64,000 nt of DNA from Candidatus Hermodarchaeota archaeon. GTDB lineage: Archaea > Asgardarchaeota > Lokiarchaeia > Sigyniarchaeales > SOKP01. How positions within the stretch are numbered: the stretch's first letter is position 1; each line of letters begins with the position of its first letter. The notes under the pieces are model-generated. The model saw nothing but the letters and a program-made list of their open reading frames with translations, did not search any database and was not told the DNA's origin. The DNA is taken from contig JBHLLP010000008.1 of assembly GCA_048885525.1 (NCBI GenBank), positions 1-64,000 of the forward strand. Reading direction: 5' to 3'. Below, one piece after another: positions 40,255-49,852 of this stretch. The position numbers and the translations under genes are program-made.

Positions 40255-41886
40255 ATGATTTGGGATCCCTTTGAACGATTTTTATGGGGGATTGCAATAA
40301 TTATAGCATTAGTATGTGGAATATATTTTATAAGAATAGCTAAAAGAAGAGAAGTCTTTAATGAAAGAATCATTATGCTAGGACTAGCAAGTTTACCTCT
40401 CGGATTTGCATTTAGTTTGTTTTTTACTTACTTTCAAGTTCTTCAAGTTCAAGGAGATTTTAGTAACAATATTTTTTGCGGGAATTATGAAAACTTTATT
40501 ACACAACCATATGAACTTTTTGGAAAACTAAGTTATATCTCATTTGGAATAGGAGGCACGGTCTTTGTATTAGCCTTTGAAATTATTATAAAACGCACGA
40601 AATATATTATCACTATTATATTCTTAATCATAATAGTAATAATAATTATTCCTCTCGATTTTGAAATAACAAGAAGGGTATTTGATTATCCACTAATACT
40701 CGCATTAGTAATTTCTATTCCACTTATATTATTTCTTTATACAAAATGGTCTAATCTTGAGTTTAAGGCTGTTTCTTCGTTTTTATTATTTGGATTTCTC
40801 TTATTCATGATCTCATTAATACTAGCTCATAGAAGGCATAAAATGCTTGATGTTTACCCGTTATTTTTGAGTCCGTTTCTTTTTATATTAGGTTGCGGCA
40901 TCATCGTATTACCAATAATTATTAATCCTACGAAACTTTCTCGAGCTTTAACTTATTGGGTATTATTAGCAATTTTTAATATGCCTATACATATAATTAT
41001 ATTAATTATTGATATTATCAAAAATCTACAACCTTTCTTAATACTTGAATTTCTTGGAGCTATAATATATGTATACGCGTTGTTCTTTTTTATAATAAAA
41101 AATATAAAATCTGATATAATTTCAGCGAGACAAGAAACACATAAAGTTGAAGAAGATTTTAAAGCTGATTTTTTAGCAATGTTCACTAGACCACAACAAG
41201 TTAGTTTTTTAGCTAGTATAAGCCACGAATTAAGAACTCCATTAACCTCAATAATTGGTTTTACAAGAACGATACTAAGTGGAAGAGCGGGGGATATTAA
41301 TGAAGAACAAAAAAAACAGCTTAATATTATTCTAAATAGTGCAAACCATTTACATGAATTAATTACTGATGTAATTGATATGACTAAAATAGAAGTTAAC
41401 AAATTAAACATAAAAAAAGAGAAATTTGATCTCGTAGAAGAGCTGATAAAAATTAAAGAAATATTTAATGTAGTTTCTGATGAGAAAGGGCTTGAATTTT
41501 TAATGGATACGCCTGAATATCTTACAATTTATAATGATAAAAAAAGAATAACTCAAATTTTATTGAACCTAATTGGAAACGCTGTAAAATTCACTGATAA
41601 AGGCAAAATTTCTATAAAAATTCGATTATCAAAAAGAGAAATTGCCATTTCAGTTAAAGACACCGGTCCGGGAATAAAGCAGGAAGATTTAAAAAAGTTA
41701 TTCAAACCGTTTAGCCGAATTCTCGAAACTGGGAAACCTAAAGAGGGAAGTGGTCTAGGACTTCATCTCTCTAAGAAATTAGCGAATCTACTCGGGGGAG
41801 ATATATTAGTAAAAAGCAAATCCGGGAAAGGAAGCACATTCAAATTAATTTTAATAAGAGAGAATAGTCGACAAAAAAGTAATTAA
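40255..41886 (+). CDS. Multi-TM sensor histidine kinase (start 40255 or 40228)
   Basis: About 8-9 hydrophobic segments; H-box SHELRTPL, N-box NLIGNAVKFT, DTGPGI, GSGLGL. Confidence 0.92.
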   Translation: MIWDPFERFLWGIAIIIALVCGIYFIRIAKRREVFNERIIMLGLASLPLGFAFSLFFTYFQVLQVQGDFSNNIFCGNYENFITQPYELFGKLSYISFGIGGTVFVLAFEIIIKRTKYIITIIFLIIIVIIIIPLDFEITRRVFDYPLILALVISIPLILFLYTKWSNLEFKAVSSFLLFGFLLFMISLILAHRRHKMLDVYPLFLSPFLFILGCGIIVLPIIINPTKLSRALTYWVLLAIFNMPIHIIILIIDIIKNLQPFLILEFLGAIIYVYALFFFIIKNIKSDIISARQETHKVEEDFKADFLAMFTRPQQVSFLASISHELRTPLTSIIGFTRTILSGRAGDINEEQKKQLNIILNSANHLHELITDVIDMTKIEVNKLNIKKEKFDLVEELIKIKEIFNVVSDEKGLEFLMDTPEYLTIYNDKKRITQILLNLIGNAVKFTDKGKISIKIRLSKREIAISVKDTGPGIKQEDLKKLFKPFSRILETGKPKEGSGLGLHLSKKLANLLGGDILVKSKSGKGSTFKLILIRENSRQKSN

Positions 41887-41951
41887 TATTTATGCTTTCT
41901 TAAACTAAATTTTAACATTAATTTAAAACTAATAAAATATACTGAGAAGTT

Positions 41952-43073
41952 ATGAAAAGTCTCTCTAAAAAGGTTCTTTATCTTACAGCTGTTCTATTTT
42001 CATTCACAATTGTGGTATTAATCCTAGTATTAGTAATAATTTTTCTATATATCCATGAATGGTTACCAAATAATGTTGGTATGCTACTCATATTTTTAAT
42101 TTCGATTTCTGTATTTATAGGAGCATTTTTTTATATGAAATTTTTTTTAAAGCGCATATTCGAACTAGAAAGGCTTTCATTTTTTATCAATCTTTCAATT
42201 GCTAATTTTTCATTAATAATCTCTGGAATAACATTAGTAGGGCTTCTATATATTCCAATAAATAAACCAGGTTGGTTTATTTGGGGAATTCTAGTTCCTT
42301 TTTGTATAACTATATTAATTGTAGCATTAGTTTCGATAATTTATGATTTAATACAAAACTTAAAACTAAATGAATTAGATAATTTAAAAAGTATGTTTAT
42401 AGCAAGTACGAGTCATGAATTAAGAACCCCATTAACTTCAATAATAGGTTTTACAAGAATGATGTTGACAGGTTGGGTAGGCGAAATAAATGAAGAACAA
42501 GAAAAACAACTAAGAATTATTTTGAAAAGTGCAAATCTTTTGCATAAATTAATTGATGATGTTATAGACGTTACTAAAATTGAGGCGGATAAATTAGATA
42601 TAAGAATAGAAGAATTTAATCTTGTAAAAGAAATATTAACTTTGAAGGAAACATTTAATGTTGCAATAGAAGAGAAGGGTCTTGAATTCATTATAGATAT
42701 GCCAGAACATCTTATACTTTTTAATGATAAAAAGAGAATAAAGCAGATTTTAGTCAATTTAATTGGAAATGCTATAAAGTTTACTGAAAAGGGAGTTATT
42801 TCAATAAAAATTCATAAAATTAATGGAAATGCTGAGATATCAATTAAAGATACAGGTATAGGAATAAAAAAGAAAGATCAAGAAAAACTTTTTAAACCAT
42901 TCAGTCGAATTACAGAATCTGGAAAATATGAGGAGGGAACAGGTTTAGGACTTCATATATCAAAAAAATTGGCTAATCTATTAGGAGGAGATATATTCAT
43001 TGAAAGTGAATTTGGAAAAGGAAGTACTTTCACATTATCATTGAAATTAAAAAGGGAGGAAATTTCTGAATGA
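41952..43073 (+). CDS. Four-TM sensor histidine kinase
   Basis: SHELRTPL, NLIGNAIKFT, DTGIGI, GTGLGL; kinase core closely resembles the preceding gene. Confidence 0.93.
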   Translation: MKSLSKKVLYLTAVLFSFTIVVLILVLVIIFLYIHEWLPNNVGMLLIFLISISVFIGAFFYMKFFLKRIFELERLSFFINLSIANFSLIISGITLVGLLYIPINKPGWFIWGILVPFCITILIVALVSIIYDLIQNLKLNELDNLKSMFIASTSHELRTPLTSIIGFTRMMLTGWVGEINEEQEKQLRIILKSANLLHKLIDDVIDVTKIEADKLDIRIEEFNLVKEILTLKETFNVAIEEKGLEFIIDMPEHLILFNDKKRIKQILVNLIGNAIKFTEKGVISIKIHKINGNAEISIKDTGIGIKKKDQEKLFKPFSRITESGKYEEGTGLGLHISKKLANLLGGDIFIESEFGKGSTFTLSLKLKREEISE

Positions 43074-43432
43074 AAACTATCCTAGTTATTGAGGATAATG
43101 AGTCGAATATATATCTCATTAGTTTTATCTTAGAGAAACATGGATATAGGGTATTACAAGCATATAATGGTAAGGAAGGTTTTAAGATTGCTTTGGAGAA
43201 AAAACCAGATTTAATAGTCATGGACTGGCAGCTTCCAGATATAGATGGTATTGAATTAACAAAAGGATTAAAAAATGATAAAGATCTTAAAGATTGCCTG
43301 ATTCTTTTCTGTACGTCAAGTGTAATGAGAGGAGACAGAGAAAAAGCATTAGAAGCAGGCGCGGTAGCATATATTGAAAAACCCATAATTCCAGAAATTA
43401 TTATTGAAGAAATTGAAAAAATTCTCCAATAA
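43070..43432 (+). CDS. Single-domain response regulator (CheY/DivK-like)
   Basis: VIEDN, VMDWQLPDIDG, YIEKP; 4-nt overlap with the kinase stop. Confidence 0.92.
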   Translation: MKTILVIEDNESNIYLISFILEKHGYRVLQAYNGKEGFKIALEKKPDLIVMDWQLPDIDGIELTKGLKNDKDLKDCLILFCTSSVMRGDREKALEAGAVAYIEKPIIPEIIIEEIEKILQ

Positions 43433-43486
43433 AATTACATTTTCATGATATACCAATTTATTGAATTATCTACTAGATTGTTATTT

Positions 43487-44692
43487 TCACATTAAAGATA
43501 AAACAATCTTATTCTGCGCTTTTAACATATCTTCCATAATAAGCTCCATAGCATCCTTAATATCGGGATTGTCTTCTGGAATACTGCGCTTTGCATTCAC
43601 ACTTGCCATTAAGACTTCATTTAATCCCCGTAAAATCATATCAGGGCTGTACCAGGGGCGTTTCGATGCCCACCATTGCTGACAGCTATGAATTCCCCGA
43701 TCTAACAAGTTTCTTGCATTATCGAAAATCTGTCTTTTATCGTCATCCATACCTTCTCGATACTTGTTTGCTAAATGAATCAAAGTAAGGGCATACATAA
43801 AAAATCGATGTTGTTCAAGGTGAATTTCATTGTTAGGATCTTGCCAAAGAGGAAACGGAACATCATGAGCGATATCATACGGCATTGTAGACCAGCTGGA
43901 ATCGCGTGGAACTTGTGTAAATCCTTTAGGAAACCTATCCACTATTTCTGAGACAGAGTATAATTTAATATCATCTCTAAGTGGCACAGCATCAAACAAT
44001 GGGATTAAGAAATCCGTTATAGCATGCTTTACATGGTGACCAAAAGTTTCGCCATCAAGACTAAGAATTACATATTGTTCCTCCGAAGTTCCCTTATATT
44101 TTAGTCTATTGGCAAAGGCTTCGATATTGTTAATTTTATCAAAGGCACAATCGATTGAGACATAATCATCACGAAACAACACTCTTAATCCATTTGGATG
44201 CACTGATATATGGTTCGTCGGAAATTCTGGCAATGTATTAGCAATTCCACTCATAATCATCCAATCAAACCCTAGTTTTTTAACAGCCTTAAAAACTTCT
44301 TCAGAAACAGCCATTTCTGGTGGGAAAAATCCACGAGGATTATATAGCTTCCCAAAAAAATGCCGATTCGTTTCATCATTTAATTCTATTTGACGCTTAA
44401 TTTCAGGCTCGGGAATGAGGGGAAGTAGAGGATGAAATTTCCCAGAACCTGTGAATTCGATCTGTCCTTTAGAAGCTAATGTAGTAATTGCTCCAATTAA
44501 ATCATCATATCTAAAATCATGCAATTGCTCAGTCAGAGTCGCATTAATGTTTAACGTAATCTTAGCTTCTGGATGATCTCTCAGAGCTTCAATTATTGGT
44601 CTATAAGATTCATTTACTATTTGCTTAACTACTGCGGGAATTTGAACTGGAGGTTGATAAATATGAAATAAAAAGGCGAAATATACTACCAT
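43487..44692 (-). CDS. Glycoside hydrolase family 57 protein
   Basis: HIYQP, HPLLPL, FFPPEMA, LDGETFGHH, SSWS. Confidence 0.88.
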   Translation of the reverse strand: MVVYFAFLFHIYQPPVQIPAVVKQIVNESYRPIIEALRDHPEAKITLNINATLTEQLHDFRYDDLIGAITTLASKGQIEFTGSGKFHPLLPLIPEPEIKRQIELNDETNRHFFGKLYNPRGFFPPEMAVSEEVFKAVKKLGFDWMIMSGIANTLPEFPTNHISVHPNGLRVLFRDDYVSIDCAFDKINNIEAFANRLKYKGTSEEQYVILSLDGETFGHHVKHAITDFLIPLFDAVPLRDDIKLYSVSEIVDRFPKGFTQVPRDSSWSTMPYDIAHDVPFPLWQDPNNEIHLEQHRFFMYALTLIHLANKYREGMDDDKRQIFDNARNLLDRGIHSCQQWWASKRPWYSPDMILRGLNEVLMASVNAKRSIPEDNPDIKDAMELIMEDMLKAQNKIVLSLM

Positions 44693-45104
44693 ATTATAAT
44701 TTAAAAAATACCCTTTTTTAACCTTTATAGTTCTAAATTTTCAAGATGATGAATTTAATAAGTAACAGCAAGGAAATCATAGATTTCTCTCATTTTTCTA
44801 ATATTTATTTGTCTTGGTACTGTCAAAAATCGAATAATGAAAAGAGAGGGTAGGTGCAGAAATGCTAAGTAGGAGTGTACCCATTTGACCATGATTAATA
44901 CCCACTATTTTTGATCAATTTACCCCTATTTTTACAAATTTACCATTATTATGATAAATTCTCTACTAAATTGAAGAGAAACATTTTTATTCCGGAAAGC
45001 AACAATTAACCAGTAAGAGATGAATTTTTATTATTTTGGCGAAAACAAAACGAGAAAATTTTAATTACAAGTTTAAAACCATAAAAAGATCAAGAGGATG
45101 AAAT

Positions 45105-45317
45105 TTGGAAAAGATACGAAAAGCGTGTTTGATACTTCTAATTGTAGGTTTGGTAATCATTATATTAAGCCTGAGCATTTTTTTACCTTTGGCAGCTCCA
45201 GGTGGTAGTTACTCGTGGTATTTGTTGATTATGCCGTATTGTTTGATTCCCGGCATTATTCTAACGATAATTGGGCTGGTAGGTTTAGTGATATCAGTAC
45301 TACGTAAAAAAAAATAA
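45105..45317 (+). CDS. Small two-TM membrane protein
   Basis: GAGG upstream of TTG; two hydrophobic helices; a paralog follows. Confidence 0.6.
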   Translation: MEKIRKACLILLIVGLVIIILSLSIFLPLAAPGGSYSWYLLIMPYCLIPGIILTIIGLVGLVISVLRKKK

Positions 45318-45364
45318 TAAATAGCACAAGATGGCGAATTATAAAACGATTGAGAGGATAAAAT

Positions 45365-45601
45365 TTGGAAAAAATACAAAAAGCAGGATTGATACTCCTA
45401 ATTGTAGGTTTGATAACCTTTTCAATCTGCCTGTGAATTATTGAAACCCACCACGGAGCTTGGGAGATGATAATGAATTGGGATTTTTTTGGTTGGACTG
45501 GGATGATTCATATACAGGCTTTTATTTTTTTTATTATCGGCATTATTCTAATGATAATGGGATTAATTTTTCTAATAGTTGGACTGTTGCGTGCTTCTTA
45601 A
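45365..45601 (+). pseudogene. Paralog of 45105-45317 with one in-frame TGA (45434-45436)
   Basis: Same GAGGAT-AAATTTGGAAAA leader. Translates MEKIQKAGLILLIVGLITFSICL*IIETHH...IIGIILMIMGLIFLIVGLLRAS, otherwise in frame. Confidence 0.6.
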
Positions 45602-45611
45602 TCATATATTC

Positions 45612-46355
45612 TTAACCTAATAAAGCATAGATTTCTTTCATTTTTTTGAAACTAATTTGTCCTGGTGCAGTCTTTTCTTCTAATGATGCATAAGTTAAAA
45701 AGGAACCAGTAAGAACGCACATAATTCTTGAGAAGATACCTAAATCTCCCATACAGAATGAGATAATTTTTTGATTGGAATTAAATAAATCTTTACAAAG
45801 TTTTAATGGTACTAAGTTATCCTCAAATTTTTGAGCTGTAAAAATAACTTTATAGATAACATCCTCAAATATTTTTGAATCTAAAGATAATTCTTGTACC
45901 AATTTTTCATTAAAATTTTGAACTATTTCAAGGGATTTATCAAAAGCCAATGTATTTTCAAAATTATGGTATGAAAAAATTATTCTTACTTCATTTTGAA
46001 GTGCTAATTTGATAAGCTCATCTAAATTTTTTTTTTCTGTATTCATCTCTATATCAAGATAATCGGGTTTAGTCTCTATAAGCAATTTCAAGATTTTAAA
46101 GCGCTCTTTTTGACTTATGTTAAGTTTACCACCTTCAGATGAGTCTCTCAAGGTGAAGATAACAGCAATATTAGGTTTAATAATATTTAATAAATCTATT
46201 ACGAAATCGAACGAAATTTTTTCAATATTAGAAATATAGTCAAACCGTAATTCAATTAGGTTAGGTTTAGATTTTATTGTTTTATCTATGATTGGTCTAA
46301 CTTCTTCAATATTTGCATATTTAATAGGTATTGGGATACAGAGATTGTATTTCAT
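45612..46355 (-). CDS. aroD: Type I 3-dehydroquinate dehydratase
   Basis: ELRFD, FTLRDSSEGG, DIE, SYHNF, FCMG, SR, APGQ. Confidence 0.92.
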   Translation of the reverse strand: MKYNLCIPIPIKYANIEEVRPIIDKTIKSKPNLIELRFDYISNIEKISFDFVIDLLNIIKPNIAVIFTLRDSSEGGKLNISQKERFKILKLLIETKPDYLDIEMNTEKKNLDELIKLALQNEVRIIFSYHNFENTLAFDKSLEIVQNFNEKLVQELSLDSKIFEDVIYKVIFTAQKFEDNLVPLKLCKDLFNSNQKIISFCMGDLGIFSRIMCVLTGSFLTYASLEEKTAPGQISFKKMKEIYALLG

Positions 46356-46382
46356 GATTTAAAATGAAGTTGAAAAAAAGTT

Positions 46383-47036
46383 TTATATTTCGATAATTTT
46401 CTTGATATCTTCCTCAGAGAAACTCAGAGTATCTGTAGCGTCAACTTTTTTTAGTTTTCCTCTTTTCTTATAATACTTAATAAGAGATTTAGCATTTTTT
46501 TCATAGGCATCTAACCTATTCTTTAATGTTTCTTCGTTATCATCGCTTCTTTGCTCAAATTTAATATCAGCACCGCATTTATCACAAATTCCTTCTACCT
46601 TAGGGGGGAGTGTGTATTTATTGTATATTTCCCCACAATTTTTACAACCATATCTGCCTAAAATTCTTTTAAATATAATATCACGAGAGACTTGAAGTAA
46701 AAGAAGTAAATCTATTTCAGTTATATTTGTTAATGCTTCTGCTTGAGGTATTGTTCGAGGAAATCCATCCAGAATAAACCCATTTATTTTAACATCCTCT
46801 CTATTTAATCTCTCTCTAACCATTTCAATAGTAACATCGTTGGGTACTAATTCTCCCTTATCCATAAAGCTTTTTGCTTTTAATCCTAATGGTGTTTCGT
46901 TTTTCAAATTTTCCCGAAATATATCGCCAGTACTAATATGCACGATTTCAGGTGCTACTTTTTTTATCTGCCCGGAAAAGGTACCCTTACCTGCTCCGGG
47001 TGGTCCAAATAATATTAATTTTTTCATCTTAGTCAA
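46383..47036 (-). CDS. adk: Adenylate kinase (bacterial-type, zinc LID)
   Basis: GPPGAGKGT, ISTGDIFR, GFILDGFPRT, CKNC...CDKC, RSDD. Confidence 0.95.
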   Translation of the reverse strand: MTKMKKLILFGPPGAGKGTFSGQIKKVAPEIVHISTGDIFRENLKNETPLGLKAKSFMDKGELVPNDVTIEMVRERLNREDVKINGFILDGFPRTIPQAEALTNITEIDLLLLLQVSRDIIFKRILGRYGCKNCGEIYNKYTLPPKVEGICDKCGADIKFEQRSDDNEETLKNRLDAYEKNAKSLIKYYKKRGKLKKVDATDTLSFSEEDIKKIIEI

Positions 47037-47115
47037 TTAGTTTTATTTATAATTAGTAGATAATTTAATTGGACATTAATTAAAATTATTTTGTCTAAAT
47101 ATGTTTTAGCAAAAT

Positions 47116-47703
47116 CTATCCTGTAAAATAAGAATTTTCTATTTTCTTTACCAAATATTCCACCAATCTTTTTTCTCTTAGGTTGAATAAACTGGTGAAA
47201 TCTGTTTTTATTGAAGACCCGTAGTATGAATTTCCGAAAAAAGTAGAAGTTTTTTGAATTGAATCTATTAATAATTTTTTATTTCCAATATGAAGATATA
47301 GAGAGATATCATTGATAATCAATATTGAAGTAGGATTTTCATTGAATAAATTTAGTATTTTAAAGGTTTTTCTATAATTTTTGCAAGCATATTCGTAAAG
47401 CTCTTTAGCATTTCTTGCATTAAGACGGGGTGGGATAATTTCTCCTTCAAAATAGAAATTTTTACATATTGTACTATTTTTATAAAAATCCTCAATTTTA
47501 CCTCCAATTTTCATATTTTTAAAAACTTCTTGAGGTGGAGCAAAATCTAAAATACTGATTTCCTTTGGATCTAAGTTTTTCGTTTCTATGAGAAACTGAA
47601 CAAACTTTGCCGTGTTATATGTTTTTTTAGTATCAGTTTCACCATAAAGTAGAGTATGATGTCCAATTAAGCTCTCAAAAGTTATAGATGAATTGAAGTT
47701 CAT
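47116..47703 (-). CDS. Hypothetical protein, degenerate P-loop NTPase-like
   Basis: HTLLYGETDTKKT (Walker A lacking the GK glycine) and ILIIND (Walker B-like). Confidence 0.6.
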   Translation of the reverse strand: MNFNSSITFESLIGHHTLLYGETDTKKTYNTAKFVQFLIETKNLDPKEISILDFAPPQEVFKNMKIGGKIEDFYKNSTICKNFYFEGEIIPPRLNARNAKELYEYACKNYRKTFKILNLFNENPTSILIINDISLYLHIGNKKLLIDSIQKTSTFFGNSYYGSSIKTDFTSLFNLREKRLVEYLVKKIENSYFTG

Positions 47704-47729
47704 AAGTATTATTAATTATATAATGAGTT

Positions 47730-48305
47730 TTAAATAAAATCCTCCCATGAAATTTTTGCTTGGTTTAGAACTATTAGGATAATGAATCCCATAATTGAAC
47801 CTGGTATACAACTTAACGCAAATAACCACCAAAATGTAAAAAGACTTTCTATAGATAAAATATTTCCAGATATTAAATGTCCAATAGTACCTCCTAGAAA
47901 TATAGTTCCCAGTGGTTCTGTAAAAGCAGCTAGTTCCACATATTTAGGAAATTTTTTACGCAAGAAATAAGATACAATACCAACAACAATTGCTCCAGTT
48001 ATACCCCCATGAAAAGCATGGATTGTTCCAATCTGAAACGAAAATCGTAGTATAGCAATACCTAGTGCAGTTATACATGAAAAAATTAAACCAATTAAAA
48101 CTCCAGTTAAAGCATTAATGAGGTGTGCAAATGGATTTATTTTTGTACCAAATATGTAGAAATATCCAAAAGGATTAAGATAACTCAAAACTAATCCGAC
48201 TGCTATAAAAATACCCGAAGCTGCTATTTTTTTATTTATTGTAGTACGTATTATTGTTTTTTCTTTTTCAGTATTGTATGGTTTTGGTTCACTCACATTT
48301 CTCAC
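47730..48305 (-). CDS. thiW: ECF transporter S component, ThiW-like
   Basis: PFAHLINALTGVLIG, ILR, GTIHAF, EPLGT. Confidence 0.8.
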   Translation of the reverse strand: MRNVSEPKPYNTEKEKTIIRTTINKKIAASGIFIAVGLVLSYLNPFGYFYIFGTKINPFAHLINALTGVLIGLIFSCITALGIAILRFSFQIGTIHAFHGGITGAIVVGIVSYFLRKKFPKYVELAAFTEPLGTIFLGGTIGHLISGNILSIESLFTFWWLFALSCIPGSIMGFIILIVLNQAKISWEDFI

Positions 48306-48497
48306 TAGAATTTATCAATCTTTCTTATATTATTAATTTTTTTTATAATTATTTTTAATTTAAAAGAGTTAACAGTAATATTCTATAAACCTTGATGTAA
48401 GATCCAAGAAATTAAAGAGTTTTAATCTATTAAAATATTTAATTTAAATATCATCAGTAAGAAGTTTTTTACTCTTTCAAAAAATTGTAGAGATATA

Positions 48498-49172
48498 ATG
48501 AAGATTGGGAATAATATAATAAAACCGACAAAGATTATCTGCATCGGGACTAATTACATGGATCATATTAAAGAAACGGGGTTAAATGTTCCAAAAGAGC
48601 CAGTTCTTTTTCCAAAAACATTGAATTGTTTGATTTCAGATAAAGAACCGATTATCTATCCTAAATTTTTATATAACCAACGTAAATATAATAGAGTGGA
48701 TTATGAAGTAGAACTGGCGTTTATTATAAAAGATAAATGTAAGCATGTTCCAATAGATGATGTATACAACTATATTCTTGGATATACAATATTTAATGAT
48801 ATTACTGCGCGAAAAATGCAAACGAAAGATATAGTTTCTAAATTACCTTGGTTTCGTTCTAAATCATTTGATACTTTTGGGCCAATTGGTCCAAGAATAG
48901 TTGAAACTAATGAAATCAAAGATCCACATAATTTAAATATCGAATTAAAATTAAATGGAGAGGTTAAACAATCATCTAATACTAAACATTTATTATTTAA
49001 AATTCCTGAACTCTTGGAATATATTTCAATATTTTTTACTCTTGAACCTGGAGATATTATAGCTACAGGTACACCAAGTGGAATTGGTTCTATACAACCG
49101 GGTGATATAATTGAAGCGACAATTGAAAAAATAGGAACTCTTACAAATAGAGTTGTTTTAGAAGGTGGATAA
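48498..49172 (+). CDS. Fumarylacetoacetate-hydrolase-family protein
   Basis: KIICIGTNY, DYEVEL, NDITAR, KSFDTFGPIGP, GDIIATGTPSG. Confidence 0.92.
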   Translation: MKIGNNIIKPTKIICIGTNYMDHIKETGLNVPKEPVLFPKTLNCLISDKEPIIYPKFLYNQRKYNRVDYEVELAFIIKDKCKHVPIDDVYNYILGYTIFNDITARKMQTKDIVSKLPWFRSKSFDTFGPIGPRIVETNEIKDPHNLNIELKLNGEVKQSSNTKHLLFKIPELLEYISIFFTLEPGDIIATGTPSGIGSIQPGDIIEATIEKIGTLTNRVVLEGG

Positions 49173-49174
49173 TA

Positions 49175-49852
49175 ATGAATATTAAAATTGGAGATAGATT
49201 TATACAACCAACCAAAATTATTTGTTTAGGACGAAATTATATTGAACACGCTAAGGAGATGAAAGCAGAAGTACCTAAAAATCCAGTATTTTTCGTGAAA
49301 ACTGTTAACACATTGGTGACTGATGGGAATCCAATTATTTATCCTAAAATATTGTATGGTAATCCAGAATATAATCAAGTGGACCATGAAGTTGAATTAG
49401 CATTTATCATTTCTCAGACATGCAAGAATGTTCAAATTGAGAATGCATATGAATATATCGAAGGTTATTCTATTTTTTTAGATATAACCGCTAGAAAAAT
49501 GCAGATAAGTGATAGAAATGTTAACTTACCTTGGTATAGAAGTAAAAATTTCGATTCATTTGGACCTATTGGCCCGAGGATCGTTCCTTTTAGTGAAATT
49601 GAAAATCCTCATAATTTAAATATTGAATTAAAAGTTAACGGAGAAGTTCGTCAGCAATCAAATACTAAATATATGATTTTCAAAATTCCCGAAATTCTCT
49701 CGTATCTCTCCAAATTTCTTACATTATTCACGGGAGATATTGTTGCAACTGGTACACCAAGCGGAGTAGGTCCAATTCATCCAGAAGAACTGATTGAAGC
49801 ATCAATAGAGCAAATTGGTTTAATAACACATAAAGTAATATTGGAAGAATAG
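49175..49852 (+). CDS. Fumarylacetoacetate-hydrolase-family protein (tandem paralog)
   Basis: KIICLGRNY, DHEVEL, DITAR, KNFDSFGPIGP, ATGTPSGVG. Confidence 0.92.
   Translation: MNIKIGDRFIQPTKIICLGRNYIEHAKEMKAEVPKNPVFFVKTVNTLVTDGNPIIYPKILYGNPEYNQVDHEVELAFIISQTCKNVQIENAYEYIEGYSIFLDITARKMQISDRNVNLPWYRSKNFDSFGPIGPRIVPFSEIENPHNLNIELKVNGEVRQQSNTKYMIFKIPEILSYLSKFLTLFTGDIVATGTPSGVGPIHPEELIEASIEQIGLITHKVILEE

Noticed and set aside
40143-40373. N-terminal 77 aa of the response-regulator ORF as called
   Set aside because: It overlaps the kinase gene on the opposite strand; the receiver domain and an SD-like element point to ATG 40142.
44880-44970. CRISPR array
   Set aside because: The units are adjacent, degenerate and lack spacers; no cas genes.
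45434-45436. In-frame TGA as selenocysteine or a recoded codon
   Set aside because: It sits at a TM boundary where Trp is plausible, no SECIS is evident, and TGA is a normal stop elsewhere in the window.
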